Shown: positions 19,904-31,071, numbered from the stretch's first letter. The stretch: 64,000 bases of DNA from Erwinia sp. Eh17-17 (GCF_039675725.1 NZ_JBDFQT010000004.1:146881-210880); one strand, 5' to 3'. Program-made: numbers and translations. Notes: generated by a model from the sequence alone, not told the origin.

Positions 19904-21400
19904 CTACATCTGTTTGCTGGTCTTGATTTACATACCGGCCTGTTCCTGGTTCTTGCTCTGTTGTTTGTATTATTTTATGAGGCAATCAATGGCTTCCACG
20001 ATACGGCCAACGCGGTAGCAACCGTAATTTATACCCGTGCAATGCGATCGCAGTTAGCGGTGGTGATGGCCGGGGTGTTCAACTTCTTTGGTGTGCTGCT
20101 GGGCGGCTTAAGCGTAGCTTATGCAATTGTCCATCTGCTCCCCACCGATCTCCTGCTTAACGTTGGTTCTGCTCACGGTCTGGCGATGGTCTTCTCCATG
20201 CTGCTGGCAGCTATCATCTGGAATCTTGGTACCTGGTATTTCGGGTTACCGGCCTCCAGCTCCCACACCCTGATCGGTGCCATTATCGGTATTGGCCTCA
20301 CCAACGCGTTGCTGACTGGCACCTCGGTGGTTGATGCGCTCAATATTCCTAAGATGATTGGCATCTTCATGTCGTTGATTATTTCACCGATTGTTGGCCT
20401 GGTCGTCGCGGGTGGACTGGTGTTTCTGCTGCGCCGTTACTGGAATGGCAGTAAAAAACGTCAGCGTGTCCACATGACCCCGGCTGAACGTGAAAAGATC
20501 GACGGCAAGAAAAAGCCACCGTTCTGGACGCGGACCGCGTTGATTGTCTCGGCGATTGGCGTCAGCTATTCGCACGGTGCAAACGACGGTCAGAAAGGTA
20601 TCGGCCTGATTATGCTGGTGCTGATTGGCGTGGCACCGGCGGGCTTTGTGGTCAATATGAACTCCAGCGGTTATGACATCACGCGCACGCGCGATGCGGT
20701 TAACCACCTGGAGCAGTATTACGATCAGCATGCGGCATCGCTGACACACATCATCCAGATGACGCCTCCGGCGCTGCCAACCCCGGAAGAAGTGCCGTCA
20801 GGCCCGAAAGAGTTCCACTGCGATGCAGCACGCGCGCTGTCTGCTATCCAGCGAGCGCAGGGTCTGCTGAACAATCTCACCAGCTATGACACGCTCAGCG
20901 TCGAGCAGCGCAGCCAGCTGCGTCGCCTGCTGATGTGCATCGCGGATACCGCAGAAAAAACTGCCAAGCTGCCGGAAACCACGTCAGACGACAAACGTTT
21001 CCTCAGCAAGCTGAAAGGCGACCTGCTGAATACCGTTGAGTATGCCCCGGTGTGGATTATTCTGGCCGTAGCGTTAGCGCTGTCGCTGGGTACGATGATT
21101 GGCTGGCGCCGTGTTGCCACCACCATCGGTGAGAAAATCGGTAAGAAAGGGATGACTTACGCCCAGGGGATGTCGGCGCAGATGACGGCCGCGGTCTCTA
21201 TCGGCGTGGCGAGTTATACCGGAATGCCGGTATCTACCACCCACGTGCTCTCCTCTTCCGTTGCCGGTACGATGCTGGTTGACGGCGGTGGCGTTCAGGG
21301 CCGCACCATTAAGAACATCCTGCTGGCGTGGGTGTTAACCCTGCCGGTGTCGATTGTGCTTTCCGGTGTGCTGTACTGGCTGGCGTTGAAATTGATTTGA
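19904..21400 (+). CDS. pitA: Low-affinity inorganic phosphate transporter PitA
   Basis: [57 protein letters not shown]... is near-identical to E. coli PitA along its full length. Confidence 0.95.
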   Translation, partial: LHLFAGLDLHTGLFLVLALLFVLFYEAINGFHDTANAVATVIYTRAMRSQLAVVMAGVFNFFGVLLGGLSVAYAIVHLLPTDLLLNVGSAHGLAMVFSMLLAAIIWNLGTWYFGLPASSSHTLIGAIIGIGLTNALLTGTSVVDALNIPKMIGIFMSLIISPIVGLVVAGGLVFLLRRYWNGSKKRQRVHMTPAEREKIDGKKKPPFWTRTALIVSAIGVSYSHGANDGQKGIGLIMLVLIGVAPAGFVVNMNSSGYDITRTRDAVNHLEQYYDQHAASLTHIIQMTPPALPTPEEVPSGPKEFHCDAARALSAIQRAQGLLNNLTSYDTLSVEQRSQLRRLLMCIADTAEKTAKLPETTSDDKRFLSKLKGDLLNTVEYAPVWIILAVALALSLGTMIGWRRVATTIGEKIGKKGMTYAQGMSAQMTAAVSIGVASYTGMPVSTTHVLSSSVAGTMLVDGGGVQGRTIKNILLAWVLTLPVSIVLSGVLYWLALKLI

Positions 21401-21450
21401 TATGGTTGCGGGCGGACCGAAACAGCAGGTCCGTCCCTACTGTACGATGC

Positions 21451-21487
21451 AAAAAAGGGCGACCATTTTAATGGCCGCCCTTTTTTT
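21451..21487. terminator. Bidirectional terminator between pitA and uspB
   Basis: aaaaaa gggcgaccat ttta atggccgccc ttttttt. Confidence 0.7.
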
Positions 21488-21818
21488 AATGCCAGATGGC
21501 TAAACCAATCAGGCTAATCACCACCAGCCCGCACAGGGCGCTGGTTAAAACAAACTGGCCTCGCAGCCGCTGACAGCGGCGAATAAACTCATCGTCATGA
21601 TGGTCGAGATAGCGCTGATACCAGATGTAGCCAATCAGCCGGACCTGCTTACCCGGCTGCCCGTGAGACGTAAAAAAACCCCCGCCATCCACGTACTGAT
21701 ACAGCAGCGGATCGCAGCCACGCAGCACCACTAACAGTGCCCGTAGCGAAGAGAAGTAGCGCGCCATATTCACTACACAAACGACACAAAGAGCCCAGAA
21801 AAGCGCAACGGTGCTGAT
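21486..21818 (-). CDS. uspB: Universal stress protein B
   Basis: The 111-aa product [55 protein letters not shown]... matches E. coli UspB. The track ORF is longer, but only this segment is conserved. Confidence 0.9.
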   Translation of the reverse strand: MSTVALFWALCVVCVVNMARYFSSLRALLVVLRGCDPLLYQYVDGGGFFTSHGQPGKQVRLIGYIWYQRYLDHHDDEFIRRCQRLRGQFVLTSALCGLVVISLIGLAIWH

Positions 21819-22130
21819 CATGATCCCCTCCCGGACTTTCATCAGGAAATACGCTACGCGGCCAGAGCCGGGTGCAATCCCGATGGTTAGCCAACTTTTA
21901 TTATTAAGATGATTGCTGCCCGCCGGACGGCGAAAAAATGTACTTTTAATGCCGTCTGTAATCAGTGTAGGAGATCTGTTTAAATTTTTTCCAGTGCTGT
22001 TTTCATCCGCGACGGATTTTAGACAAAAAATCATGTTGATCGCCCTCGCAAACGCTGCCCTGTGTACCAACACCCGGAAGCAATTTTCGCTATACTTAGC
22101 CCCAACACTTACGTGAAAAGGAGTATTCAA

Positions 22131-22568
22131 ATGGCCTATAAACATATTTTAATTGCCGTCGACCTGTCGCCGGAAAGTAAACTGCTGGTCGACAAGGCCG
22201 TATCGATGGCACGCCCTTACGACGCCAAAGTGTCCCTGATCCACGTTGATGTGAACTATTCCGATCTCTACACCGGTCTGATTGACGTTAACCTTGGGGA
22301 TATGCAGAAACGTATTTCTGAAGAGACGCACACCGCGCTGACCGACCTGTCCAACAGCGCAGGCTACCCGATTGCCGAAACGCTAAGCGGCAGCGGCGAC
22401 CTCGGCCAGGTGCTGGTCGACGCCATCAAGCAGTATCAGGTAGATTTAGTGGTGTGTGGGCACCACCAGGATTTCTGGAGCAAACTGATGTCCTCTGCCC
22501 GCCAGCTGATCAACACCGTTCATATTGATATGTTGATCGTGCCGCTGCGCGATGACGAGGACGACTAA
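22131..22568 (+). CDS. uspA: Universal stress protein A
   Basis: [67 protein letters not shown]... is about 90% identical to E. coli UspA. Confidence 0.95.
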   Translation: MAYKHILIAVDLSPESKLLVDKAVSMARPYDAKVSLIHVDVNYSDLYTGLIDVNLGDMQKRISEETHTALTDLSNSAGYPIAETLSGSGDLGQVLVDAIKQYQVDLVVCGHHQDFWSKLMSSARQLINTVHIDMLIVPLRDDEDD

Positions 22569-22595
22569 GGCATCACTGGCTGACCGGCGACAGGT

Positions 22596-22745
22596 ACGTA
22601 GGGGTCGACCTTTTTTTCCGGTCGACCCGTGTTTTCTGGTCGACCTTGTTTTCCGGTCGACCCTTATTTTCCGGTCGACCCTTATTTTCCGGTCGACCCT
22701 TGTTTTCCGGTCGACCCGCGTTTTCCGGTCGACCCGTGTTCGCTG
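22596..22745. repeat. Tandem array of 8 x 17/18-bp units with the palindromic core GGTCGACC
   Basis: GGTCGACC recurs at 22603, 22620, 22638, 22655, 22673, 22691, 22709 and 22727. The unit is TTTTCCGGTCGACCCNTG and the array is preceded by cgtaggggtcgacc. It lies between convergent uspA and rsmJ. Confidence 0.85.
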
Positions 22746-22758
22746 GCAAAGCGCTCAA

Positions 22759-23514
22759 TCAGCCCTGCGCCAGCGGCGCATAAATATCAAAACGGTGGCT
22801 TTTGGTGGCGACGGCATTTGGCGTAGCCACTCCGGCCAGCGGCGGCGCATAGTCCGGGCGCTTAACCACAACGCGTTTCTTCGCCAGCTGGCGTGCAGGC
22901 AACAGCAGCCCGTCGGCATCAATATCCGGCCCCACCAGCGACTGAAACACCCGCATCTCTTTTTTCACCAGCGCACTTTTCTGCTTGTGCGGATACATCG
23001 GGTCAAGATACACCACGTCCGGCGGCGGGCTGATATCCGTCAGCGCACTGAGGCTGGAGGCATGCAGCAGCGTCAGGCGCTCGCGCAGCCACGGGCCAAT
23101 TTCCGCATCGGCGTAGCCGCGCTGTAAACCATCATCCAGCAGCGCGGCCACCACCGGGTTGCGCTCCAGCATCCGCACCCGGCAGCCAACAGACGCCAGC
23201 ACAAATGCATCGCGCCCCAGCCCGGCGGTGGCATCCACCACATCGGGCAGGTAGCCGCTCTTTATGCCGACCGCTTTCGCCACCGCTTCACCGCGGCCAC
23301 CGCCAAACTTGCGGCGGTGCAGCATTGCCCCGGAGACAAAATCGACAAAGATGCCGCCGAGCTTCGGTTCATCGCGCTTGCGCAGCTCCAGATGGTCAAC
23401 CGTCAGCACCAGCGCCATCAGCGCATCGTCATCGTGTACCAGCTGCCAGCGGGCGGCTAAAACAGATAAGGCGCCATCGCTGGCGCCCGTTTCATCTAAC
23501 AAACAGATGTTCAC
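22759..23514 (-). CDS. rsmJ: 16S rRNA (guanine1516-N2)-methyltransferase RsmJ
   Basis: [37 protein letters not shown]... aligns along its full length to E. coli RsmJ (YhiQ). Confidence 0.9.
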   Translation of the reverse strand: MNICLLDETGASDGALSVLAARWQLVHDDDALMALVLTVDHLELRKRDEPKLGGIFVDFVSGAMLHRRKFGGGRGEAVAKAVGIKSGYLPDVVDATAGLGRDAFVLASVGCRVRMLERNPVVAALLDDGLQRGYADAEIGPWLRERLTLLHASSLSALTDISPPPDVVYLDPMYPHKQKSALVKKEMRVFQSLVGPDIDADGLLLPARQLAKKRVVVKRPDYAPPLAGVATPNAVATKSHRFDIYAPLAQG

Positions 23515-23521
23515 TGATAAC

Positions 23522-25564
23522 TTACCCTTTGATGCCGTAGTGTTTCAGCATCGCATCCAGCTGCGGCTCGCGGCCACGGAAGCGACGGAACAGTTCCATC
23601 GGCTCCTCCGATCCCCCCCGCGTCAGGATGTTGTCGAGGAAGGACTGCCCGGTTTCCCGGTTAAAGATGCCCTCTTCTTCAAAGCGGGAATAGGCATCCG
23701 CCGCCAGCACATCCGCCCACAGATAGCTGTAGTAACCTGCGGCATAGCCACCGGCAAAGATGTGGCTGAAGGCATGGGGGAAGCGGCCCCACGACGGCCC
23801 CGGCACCACGGCCACCTGAGCTTTAATCTCTTGCAGAATCTCCAGGATCCACGCCCCTTTCGCCGGGTCAAACTCGGCGTGCAGGCGGAAGTCGAACAGG
23901 CCGAACTCCAGCTGGCGGAGGATAAACAGCGCTGCCTGATAGTTTTTCGCCGCCAGCATTTTATCCAGCAGATCTTTTGGCAGCGGTTCCCCGGTCTCGT
24001 AGTGGCCGGAGATAAATGCCAGCGCTTCCGGCTCCCAGCACCAGTTTTCCATAAACTGGCTTGGCAGCTCGACGGCATCCCACGGTACACCGCTGATGCC
24101 TGACACCCCCGGAGTTTCAATGCGCGTCAGCATATGGTGCAGGCCGTGGCCGAACTCGTGGAACAGGGTGGTGACTTCATTATGGGTAAACAGTGCAGGC
24201 TTGCCGCTCACCGGACGGTTGAAATTACAGGTCAGGTAAGCAACCGGCTTCTGCAGGGTACCGTCGGCTTTACGCATCTGGCCCACACAGTCATCCATCC
24301 ATGCCCCGCCGCGTTTGTTTTCCCGCGCATACAGGTCCAGATAGAAGCTGCCACGCAGCTCACCGCTGTCGTCAAACAGGTCAAAGAAGCGCACGTCCGG
24401 GTGGTAAACATCCACGTCGTGACGCTCGCTGGCGGTGATGCCATAAATACGCTTCACCACTTCAAACAGGCCATCCAGCGCGCGCTGAGCCGGGAAGTAC
24501 GGGCGCAGCTGTTCGTCGCTGATGGTGTACAGATGCTGTTTCTGCTTCTCGCCGTAATAGGTCATGTCCCACGGCTGTAGGTCATCTACTCCGTACTCTT
24601 TCTGAGCGAAGGCGCGCAGTTGAGCCACCTCCTGTTCGGCCTGAGGACGGGCGCGTTTAGCCAGGTCGGTCAGGAAGTCGATCACCTGCGCCGGGTTTTC
24701 AGCCATTTTGGTCGCCAGTGACTTGTCAGCATAAGAATCAAAGCCCAGCAGCTGTGCCAGCTCATGACGCAGCGCCAGCTCTTCCGCCATCACCTCGCTA
24801 TTATCCCACTTGCCGGCATTCGGCCCCTGATCGGAGGCACGGGTGGAGTAGGCGCGGTACAGCTCTTCGCGCAGCGCCTGGTTGTCGCAGTACATCATCA
24901 CCGGCAGATAGCTTGGAATATCCAGCGTCAGCAGCCAGCCTTCCTGCTCTTTGGCTTCGGCCTGCGCTCTGGCGGCGGCCAGCGCGCTTTCCGGCATGCC
25001 GGACAGTTCGCTTTCGTCAGCGATCAACTTGCTCCAGCCCATGGTGGCATCCAGCACGTTATTGCTGTAGGTCGACCCCAGCTCGGACAGACGCGCGGAG
25101 ATTTCGCCATAGCGCTGCTGCTTCTCTTTCGACAGGCCAATACCGGACAGTTCGAAATCACGCAGCGCGTTATCCACCGCTTTCTTCTGCGCCAGATCCA
25201 GCGCGGCGAAGTTTGCCCCCTCTTTCAGGTCGCGATAGGCCTGATACAGCCCCTCATGCTGGCCTACCCAGGTGCTGTACTCAGACAGCAGCGGCAGCGT
25301 CTGCTCATAGGCCTGGCGCAGCTCCGGGCTGTTTTTCACCGAATTCAGATGGCTGACCGGTGAGAACAGGCGGCTTAAGCGGTCATCTACTTCGGCCAGC
25401 GGTTGTACCAGGTTATCCCAACTGTACGGCGCGCCCTGAGCAACCGCCTTTTCAACCGCTGCACGGCTGTCATTCAGCGCCTGAGTCACGGCAGGCACCA
25501 CATGTTCAGGTTGAATGGCGGAGAAAGGGGGAAGCGTAAAAGAGGAGAGTAACGGATTGGTCAT
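23522..25564 (-). CDS. prlC: Oligopeptidase A
   Basis: 680 aa with an M3 zinc-peptidase HEFGH motif ([15 protein letters not shown]). Conserved synteny with rsmJ. Confidence 0.95.
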   Translation of the reverse strand: MTNPLLSSFTLPPFSAIQPEHVVPAVTQALNDSRAAVEKAVAQGAPYSWDNLVQPLAEVDDRLSRLFSPVSHLNSVKNSPELRQAYEQTLPLLSEYSTWVGQHEGLYQAYRDLKEGANFAALDLAQKKAVDNALRDFELSGIGLSKEKQQRYGEISARLSELGSTYSNNVLDATMGWSKLIADESELSGMPESALAAARAQAEAKEQEGWLLTLDIPSYLPVMMYCDNQALREELYRAYSTRASDQGPNAGKWDNSEVMAEELALRHELAQLLGFDSYADKSLATKMAENPAQVIDFLTDLAKRARPQAEQEVAQLRAFAQKEYGVDDLQPWDMTYYGEKQKQHLYTISDEQLRPYFPAQRALDGLFEVVKRIYGITASERHDVDVYHPDVRFFDLFDDSGELRGSFYLDLYARENKRGGAWMDDCVGQMRKADGTLQKPVAYLTCNFNRPVSGKPALFTHNEVTTLFHEFGHGLHHMLTRIETPGVSGISGVPWDAVELPSQFMENWCWEPEALAFISGHYETGEPLPKDLLDKMLAAKNYQAALFILRQLEFGLFDFRLHAEFDPAKGAWILEILQEIKAQVAVVPGPSWGRFPHAFSHIFAGGYAAGYYSYLWADVLAADAYSRFEEEGIFNRETGQSFLDNILTRGGSEEPMELFRRFRGREPQLDAMLKHYGIKG

Positions 25565-25791
25565 AGCGCAGTCCTTTAATCGTTGATATGGGGCGCATGT
25601 TTTCGCGCGATTTATTTAAGATGGGGTTAAGCACAGAGAAAATCAATGGGTCAGGGCAGCGACGGTGCCATTCACGGCGCGCAGAAGCCCATTTTTACCG
25701 CACTTTACGCATTGCCACACTCCGTCTGGCGTAGCATACTCCCCCCGCTTTAATACGTCGTATAACTCCGTTACAAACAGGGAGGTTATTT

Positions 25792-26616
25792 ATGTGGTAT
25801 ACGCTGGCGGCCTCGTTACTTTTTCTACCTATTTATCTGCGCAGTTCTCTGGTGCTTCTTGCCATTGCACTGGGGCTGGCGGTGTCTGACCATACCCTGC
25901 AACCGCCGGGCATTATCGCGCTGCTCGTCATCGGCGTTGTCGCCGTCTACTGCGGCGGTAAGAAGCAACCGCATGCCTTCTCGCTGCCCGGCGAAATCAT
26001 CCTCGTGGTCAGTGCAATCGCCCTGATGCTGCATATGATCCCAGGGTTTAATAACCTGATCATTGTGTCTGGTGAACAGGCCGGGCCACAAAGCGCGCCC
26101 TTCACTTTTTATTACAACATTGATAAAGCGCTGATCCCTTTTCTGCTGTTAGCCTGCCTGCCCACCCTGCTGAAACGGCCGGCTAGACCCCCGGCGAACG
26201 CGCTCTGGTGGCTGGTGCTGCTGATGTCGCTGCCGCTGCTGCTGCTGCTGGCAACGTTAGCCGGGGGGCTGAGAGTCGAGCTGCACCGGCCAGAGTGGCT
26301 GGGATCGTTTATGCTGGCCAATCTGTTTTTTGTCTGTCTGGCCGAAGAGGCGCTGTTTCGCGGCTATATCCAGCAGCGTCTGAGCCAGCTGCTGGGCGAT
26401 AAACGAGCGCTGTTGATTGCCGCCCTGCTGTTTGGTTTCGCTCATTTCTCCGGCGGCCTGCTGCTGATGCTGTTTGCCACACTGGCCGGGCTGATTTACG
26501 GCCTGGCCTGGCTGTGGAGCGGGCGGCTGTGGGTGTCTACGCTGGTACATTTCGCCTTTAATATGCTGCACCTGCTGTTCTTCACCTATCCGGTCTGGCA
26601 GCGAATCCCGACTTGA
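25792..26616 (+). CDS. CPBP-family intramembrane glutamic endopeptidase (CAAX protease/Abi family)
   Basis: Multi-TM protein with the three CPBP motifs EEALFRGY, FGFAHF and HFAFN. Not present at this position in E. coli. Confidence 0.75.
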   Translation: MWYTLAASLLFLPIYLRSSLVLLAIALGLAVSDHTLQPPGIIALLVIGVVAVYCGGKKQPHAFSLPGEIILVVSAIALMLHMIPGFNNLIIVSGEQAGPQSAPFTFYYNIDKALIPFLLLACLPTLLKRPARPPANALWWLVLLMSLPLLLLLATLAGGLRVELHRPEWLGSFMLANLFFVCLAEEALFRGYIQQRLSQLLGDKRALLIAALLFGFAHFSGGLLLMLFATLAGLIYGLAWLWSGRLWVSTLVHFAFNMLHLLFFTYPVWQRIPT

Positions 26617-26710
26617 ACGCGCTTTTTTAAGCCGTTTTCGCTATAATGAGCGCAACCTGTGCCGCCCGGTGGCGGCACGCTCGCATTTACCATCCGGATT
26701 ATCCCAATAC

Positions 26711-27553
26711 ATGCTCAGTTATCGCCACAGCTTCCATGCCGGCAACCACGCCGACGTTCTCAAACATACCGTGCAGAGCCTGATTATCAGCGCGTTAAAT
26801 GAGAAGGAAAAACCCTATCTTTACCTCGATACCCACGCGGGTGCCGGGCGTTATCTGTTAAGCGGTGAGCATGCGGAGCGTACCGGAGAGTACCTGGAAG
26901 GTATTGCGCGCATCTGGCAGCAGGATGACCTGCCGGAAGAGCTGGCCGCGTATATCAGCGTGGTGAAGAACTACAATCCCGGCGGCAAACTGCGCTACTA
27001 CCCTGGCTCGCCGCTGATCGCCCGTCATCTGCTGCGCGAGCACGACCAGCTACAGCTGACCGAGCTGCACTCCAGCGACTTCCCGATGCTGCGCAGCGAA
27101 TTCCAGAAAGATGACCGTGCGCGTCTCGCCCGTGCCGACGGCTATCAGCAGCTGAAGTCCAAACTGCCGCCGCCGTCGCGCCGGGGTCTGATCCTCATCG
27201 ACCCGCCGTATGAGATGAAAAGTGATTATCAGGCCGTGGTGCAGGGGATCCAGGAAGGCTACAAGCGCTTCGGTACCGGTGTGTTTGCGCTGTGGTATCC
27301 GGTAGTGCTGCGCCAGCAGATCAAGCGTATGTTCAACGAACTGCAGGCGACCGGTATTCGCCGCATTCTGCAGATCGAGCTGGGCGTGCGCCCGGACAGT
27401 GATCGCTTTGGCATGACCGCATCGGGCATGATCGTGATTAACCCGCCGTGGAAGCTGGAGCAGCAGATGAACAACGTGCTGCCGTGGCTGGAAAAAGTGC
27501 TGGTGCCTTCAGGTACGGGTCACCACAAAGTCAGCTGGATCGTGCCGGAATAA
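26711..27553 (+). CDS. rlmJ: 23S rRNA (adenine2030-N6)-methyltransferase RlmJ
   Basis: MLSYRHSFHAGNHADVLKHTVQSLII... is near-identical to E. coli RlmJ (YhiR). Confidence 0.95.
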   Translation: MLSYRHSFHAGNHADVLKHTVQSLIISALNEKEKPYLYLDTHAGAGRYLLSGEHAERTGEYLEGIARIWQQDDLPEELAAYISVVKNYNPGGKLRYYPGSPLIARHLLREHDQLQLTELHSSDFPMLRSEFQKDDRARLARADGYQQLKSKLPPPSRRGLILIDPPYEMKSDYQAVVQGIQEGYKRFGTGVFALWYPVVLRQQIKRMFNELQATGIRRILQIELGVRPDSDRFGMTASGMIVINPPWKLEQQMNNVLPWLEKVLVPSGTGHHKVSWIVPE

Positions 27554-27744
27554 TCTGCGGCACGGGGCGACCGAAAAAGAAGGTCTACATCACTGCTGGT
27601 GGAAATCTGCGGCACGGGGCGACCGGAAAAAAAGGTCTACATCACTGCTGGTGGAAATCTGCGGCACGGGGCGACCGGAAAAAATGGTCTGCATCACTGC
27701 TGGTGGAAATCTGCGGCACGGGGCGACCGGAAAAAATGGTCGCC
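27553..27744. repeat. 3.5 x 52-bp tandem repeat ending in a perfect 9-bp-stem hairpin
   Basis: The unit atctgcggcacggggcgaccgaaaaagaaggtctacatcactgctggtggaa begins at 27553, 27605 and 27657, with a partial copy at 27709. The last copy ends in ggggcgacc-ggaaaaaat-ggtcgcccc at 27718..27744. Confidence 0.85.
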
Positions 27745-27756
27745 CCCTACGATTTA

Positions 27757-28368
27757 TTCCCAATCCGATCGCAAAATCCCCATCCGGTCGCGTAATCCCC
27801 ATCCAACCGCGTAATCCCCATCCAAACGCGTAATCCCCAATCCGACCGCGTAATTCCCCATCCGACCGCAAAATCCCCATCCGACCGCGTAATCCCCAAT
27901 CCGACCGCGTAATTCCCCATCCGACCGCGTAATCCCCCATCCAACCGCGTAATCCCCCATCCGGTCGCGTAATCCCCAATCCGACCGCAAAATCCCCATC
28001 CGACCGCAAAATCCCTATCCGACCGCGTAATCCCCCATCCAACCGCGTAATCCCCATCCAAACGCGTAATCCCCCATCCGGTCGCGTAATCCCCATCCAA
28101 ACGCGTAATCCCCAATCCGACCGCAAAATCCCCATCCGACCGCGTAATTCACCATCCGACCGCATAATCCCCCATCCGGTCGCGTAATCCCCCATCCAAA
28201 CGCGTAATCCCCAATCCGATCGCAAAATCCCCATCCGACCGCGTAATTCCCCATCCGGTCGCGTAATTCCCCATCCGGTCGCGTAATCCCCCATCCGGTC
28301 GCGTAATCCTCAATCCGACCGCAAAATCCCCATCCGACCGCGTAATCCCCCCAATCGCGTAATTCCTC
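27757..28368. repeat. About 30 tandem copies of a 19-21-bp unit (CGCGTAATCCCCATCCGAC-like) with point variants
   Basis: Contiguous units (atccgaccgcgtaatcccc, atccaaccgcgtaatcccc, atccaaacgcgtaatcccc, aatccgaccgcaaaatcccc ...) with no spacers. Several ORFs open in multiple frames are artefacts of the repeat. Confidence 0.85.
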
Positions 28369-28370
28369 CG

Positions 28371-28400
28371 CGATCGCGTAGGGGCTGACCTTCTTTTTCG
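28371..28400. repeat. Terminal hairpin element of the repeat array
   Basis: cgtaggggctgacc-ttcttttt-cggtcagccc. It is related to cgtaggggtcgacc at 22596 and to the reverse complement of ggtcgccccctacg at 27736. Confidence 0.7.
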
Positions 28401-28418
28401 GTCAGCCCGCTATCACAG

Positions 28419-29333
28419 TCAGAGCGGAAACACCGCGAAATCATGCGCCATCTCGGTGTGTTCAAACACCGCCCGGCACTCCGCCAGCAGCCGTTCACTA
28501 TCACCCCGCAGGTAACGCGTGCTGAGATGCGTAACAATCAGCCGTTTTGCGCCGCTTTCCAGCGCCACTTTTGCCGCCTGCGCCGTGGTGGAATGCCCGC
28601 GGCTGTTGGCCTTCTCTTCCATCGCCACTTCCAGCGTGGCCTCATGCACCATCAGGTCTACCCCCGCTGCCATTTCGTTCGCCGCCGCCGTCGGTGCGGT
28701 ATCGCCAAAAATCGCCAGGCTGCGCCCTTTGATTTTATCGCCCACGTAATCCCAGCCGTTAAGGGTCCGGCCATCCGGCAGCGTCACGCGCTTACCGTGC
28801 TTCAGGTCATAGAAGTAAGGCCCGGCAGGAATGCCGTCGGCGGCCAGCTTCGTCGCATCCAGCGCGCCCGGCTTATCATGCTCATCAATGCGGTAGCCGT
28901 AACACTCCACCGGATGGGTCATCGGGTACGCCGTTACGCGGAAATGCTCATCGTTGCACACCTCACCCGCGCTAATTTCGATAATCTCCAGCGGGAAGGT
29001 CAGCCACGAGCCGCTCAGGCTGAGGGTGGTTTCGACAAAGGTTTTCAGCCCCGCAGGGCCGTATATCGTCATGGGGTCGGTAGAGCCGTTCATCGACCGG
29101 CTGGTGAGCAGACCCGGCAGGCCAAAAATATGATCGCCGTGCAGATGGGTAATAAAGATCTTCTCGATCTTCCCCGGCTTGATCGGGGTGCGCAGGATCT
29201 GGTGCTGCGTGGCCTCCCCGCAGTCAAACAGCCAGGTGGCATTGCGCACCCCCTGCAAATCCAGCGCTATGCTGGTGACGTTGCGCTCGCGACCGGGCGT
29301 TCCGGCACCGGTACCTAAAAACTGCAATTGCAT
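28419..29333 (-). CDS. rbn: Ribonuclease BN / RNase Z (tRNA 3'-end processing metallo-beta-lactamase)
   Basis: [26 protein letters not shown]...[17 protein letters not shown]... aligns along its length with E. coli RNase BN (ElaC) and has the HxHxDH motif. The longer track ORF from 29372 overlaps rtcR. Confidence 0.85.
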   Translation of the reverse strand: MQLQFLGTGAGTPGRERNVTSIALDLQGVRNATWLFDCGEATQHQILRTPIKPGKIEKIFITHLHGDHIFGLPGLLTSRSMNGSTDPMTIYGPAGLKTFVETTLSLSGSWLTFPLEIIEISAGEVCNDEHFRVTAYPMTHPVECYGYRIDEHDKPGALDATKLAADGIPAGPYFYDLKHGKRVTLPDGRTLNGWDYVGDKIKGRSLAIFGDTAPTAAANEMAAGVDLMVHEATLEVAMEEKANSRGHSTTAQAAKVALESGAKRLIVTHLSTRYLRGDSERLLAECRAVFEHTEMAHDFAVFPL

Positions 29334-29352
29334 AATTGACGGACTCCCTGAG

Positions 29353-30936
29353 CTATTGTTGCGGTAATTCACCCGACTTCACGCTGTCCCAGTCTAACGC
29401 AAAACGGGCCAGATACTTGCGCAGCCGGTCGGCGTCATTCGGCTGTTTCTTCTGCTGGCGTGAAACGGCAAACAGCGTGCGGCCGGCCTCCGACAGCGAT
29501 GCGGATTCGCGACACACCTTCAGCACCGTCTCCAGCTGGCTGTGGTCAAACAGATCCAGCGTCTCCGGTAACACCAGCGTGGGTTCAAGCTGCCAGCTGG
29601 CGCGCAGGCGGGCGATCTCTTCTTCCACCTGCGCCAGTTCGATACGGCCGTTATCCGCCAGCGTGGCCATGCGGGTGACGGAGGCGCTCAGCTCGCGAAA
29701 GTTACCGCGCCACAGGGCAGCAGGCGCGCAGGCAAATTGCAGGTAACGCTGACGCGCCTGCGGCTCAAAACGCACCTGCGACTGGGCATCGCTGGCAAAG
29801 CGCAGCAGTTCAAACTCCAGATTAGGTTCAATATCTTCACGCCGTTCCGCCAGCCCCGGCAGCGTAAAGCTCCACATATTAATACGCGCATAGAGATCCT
29901 CACGGAAGCGCCCTTCCGCCACCCACTGGCGCATATCGCGATGGGTCCCGGCGATCAGCTGAAAATCACTGCTGACCTCTTTATCCGCGCCGAACGGCAG
30001 GAAGCGCTTCTCTTCTATCGCTTTCAGCAGCATCGCCTGTTCATCCAGCCCCAGCTCGGCAATCTCATCAAGAAATAACATGCCGCCGTCGGCCTCACGC
30101 AGCAGCCCGTTGCGCGGCTGCAACGCGCCGGTGAAGGCCCCTTTCACATGGCCAAACAGCGTGGACATGGCATTATCACCGCGCAGCGTGGCGCAGTTGA
30201 CCGCCACCAGCCTGCCGCTGACCCGATGACGTGACTGGCGCAGCTGATAAATTCGCTCGGCCAGAAACGATTTGCCCGCCCCGGTCGGGCCGCTCAGCAG
30301 CAGTGGCGCGTCCGAGCGCAGCGCCACCCGTTCAATCTGATCGATCAGGTTATTAAAGGTGGCGTTACGCGTGGAAATACCGCCCTTCAGCAGCGATACC
30401 GACTCCTGACGTTCGCGCATAAAGCGGCTGGTCAATGTGGCATAACGGCTCAGGTCGAGGTCAATCAGCGTACAGACGCCCTCGGTTTTGGCACTCTCCT
30501 GTTCACGCGGGGCGGGGGCCGTTTGCAGCAGTCTGGCGGGCAGATAGCGTGCCTCGGTCAGCAGGAACCAGCAGATCTGCACCACATGCGTTCCGGTGGT
30601 GATATGCACCAGATACTCTTCATTCTCGGTATCAAAAGGATAGTGGCGGGCAAAATCGAGCAGGACGGTGTACACCTCCTCAAAATCCCACGGGTCATTC
30701 AGCGTAATCGGGTTCAGCCGCACCTCGGTTTCCGGCGAGACCAGCGCGATATCCTCCGACATTTGCTGTGCCATGGTCTGACGGTCGGGCTGATGCAGCA
30801 GGTCCAGGCGGTCAACCGGCAGATCCGGCTGCATGCACAGCCCCAGCGTCGGTCGCCATTTGTTCCAGCGGTTTTCACGCTTGCCCCGCTTATCCAGCGT
30901 GGTTCCCAGCATGCCTATCACCACTCTGCGCTTCAT
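29353..30936 (-). CDS. rtcR: Sigma-54-dependent transcriptional activator RtcR (N-terminal CARF domain, AAA+ and HTH)
   Basis: 527 aa with full-length similarity to E. coli RtcR (...[13 protein letters not shown]...[28 protein letters not shown]...[17 protein letters not shown]...GAFTGA...). Walker A and the GAFTGA sigma-54 contact motif are present. Confidence 0.9.
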   Translation of the reverse strand: MKRRVVIGMLGTTLDKRGKRENRWNKWRPTLGLCMQPDLPVDRLDLLHQPDRQTMAQQMSEDIALVSPETEVRLNPITLNDPWDFEEVYTVLLDFARHYPFDTENEEYLVHITTGTHVVQICWFLLTEARYLPARLLQTAPAPREQESAKTEGVCTLIDLDLSRYATLTSRFMRERQESVSLLKGGISTRNATFNNLIDQIERVALRSDAPLLLSGPTGAGKSFLAERIYQLRQSRHRVSGRLVAVNCATLRGDNAMSTLFGHVKGAFTGALQPRNGLLREADGGMLFLDEIAELGLDEQAMLLKAIEEKRFLPFGADKEVSSDFQLIAGTHRDMRQWVAEGRFREDLYARINMWSFTLPGLAERREDIEPNLEFELLRFASDAQSQVRFEPQARQRYLQFACAPAALWRGNFRELSASVTRMATLADNGRIELAQVEEEIARLRASWQLEPTLVLPETLDLFDHSQLETVLKVCRESASLSEAGRTLFAVSRQQKKQPNDADRLRKYLARFALDWDSVKSGELPQQ

Positions 30937-30957
30937 GCCTTATCCTTTTATCGCAAT

Positions 30958-30977
30958 ATTTATCCCACAGGATAAAT
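30958..30977. promoter_or_regulatory. Perfect 8-bp inverted repeat ATTTATCC-caca-GGATAAAT in the rtcR upstream region
   Basis: It lies about 20 bp upstream of the rtcR start. A candidate operator. Confidence 0.35.
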
Positions 30978-31071
30978 TCCTCCCTCAACCCGCAGCAAGC
31001 CCTTTCTTTCGCGTAAAAATAAAAATGATATTTATCAATCAACTAAAAATAATTTCACCTTTTTTTTCACC

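Noticed and set aside
22573-22826. Short ORFs encoding GRPENK or FPVDP hexapeptide repeats
   Set aside because: They are generated by the 18-bp tandem repeat, which is a multiple of 3. One starts with TTG directly after the rsmJ stop, and there is no independent start or RBS.
22552-23127. 191-aa plus-strand ORF
   Set aside because: Antisense to rsmJ and low complexity.
23264-25363. Several 150-280-aa ORFs on the plus strand (23264..24103, 24134..24580, 24718..25356, 24764..25363)
   Set aside because: All are antisense to the 680-aa prlC gene, which has unambiguous oligopeptidase A identity.
27590-28294. 234-aa ORF plus three overlapping ORFs with repetitive GWGITR.DGELRGRMG peptides
   Set aside because: Translation of the ~20-bp tandem repeat. 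ORFs are open in several frames at once, which is an artefact of repeat DNA lacking stop codons.
27553-28400. CRISPR array
   Set aside because: Repeat units are directly contiguous with no unique spacers. There are no cas genes. The unit lengths (52 bp and 19-21 bp) and their variation pattern fit a satellite/VNTR, not a CRISPR.
28443-29318. 291-aa plus-strand ORF
   Set aside because: Antisense to rbn.
29353-29372. Apparent 20-bp overlap of rbn with rtcR
   Set aside because: The overlap comes from the longest-ORF call ([13 protein letters not shown]...). The conserved RNase BN N-terminus begins at MQLQFLGTG (29333), so the true genes probably do not overlap.
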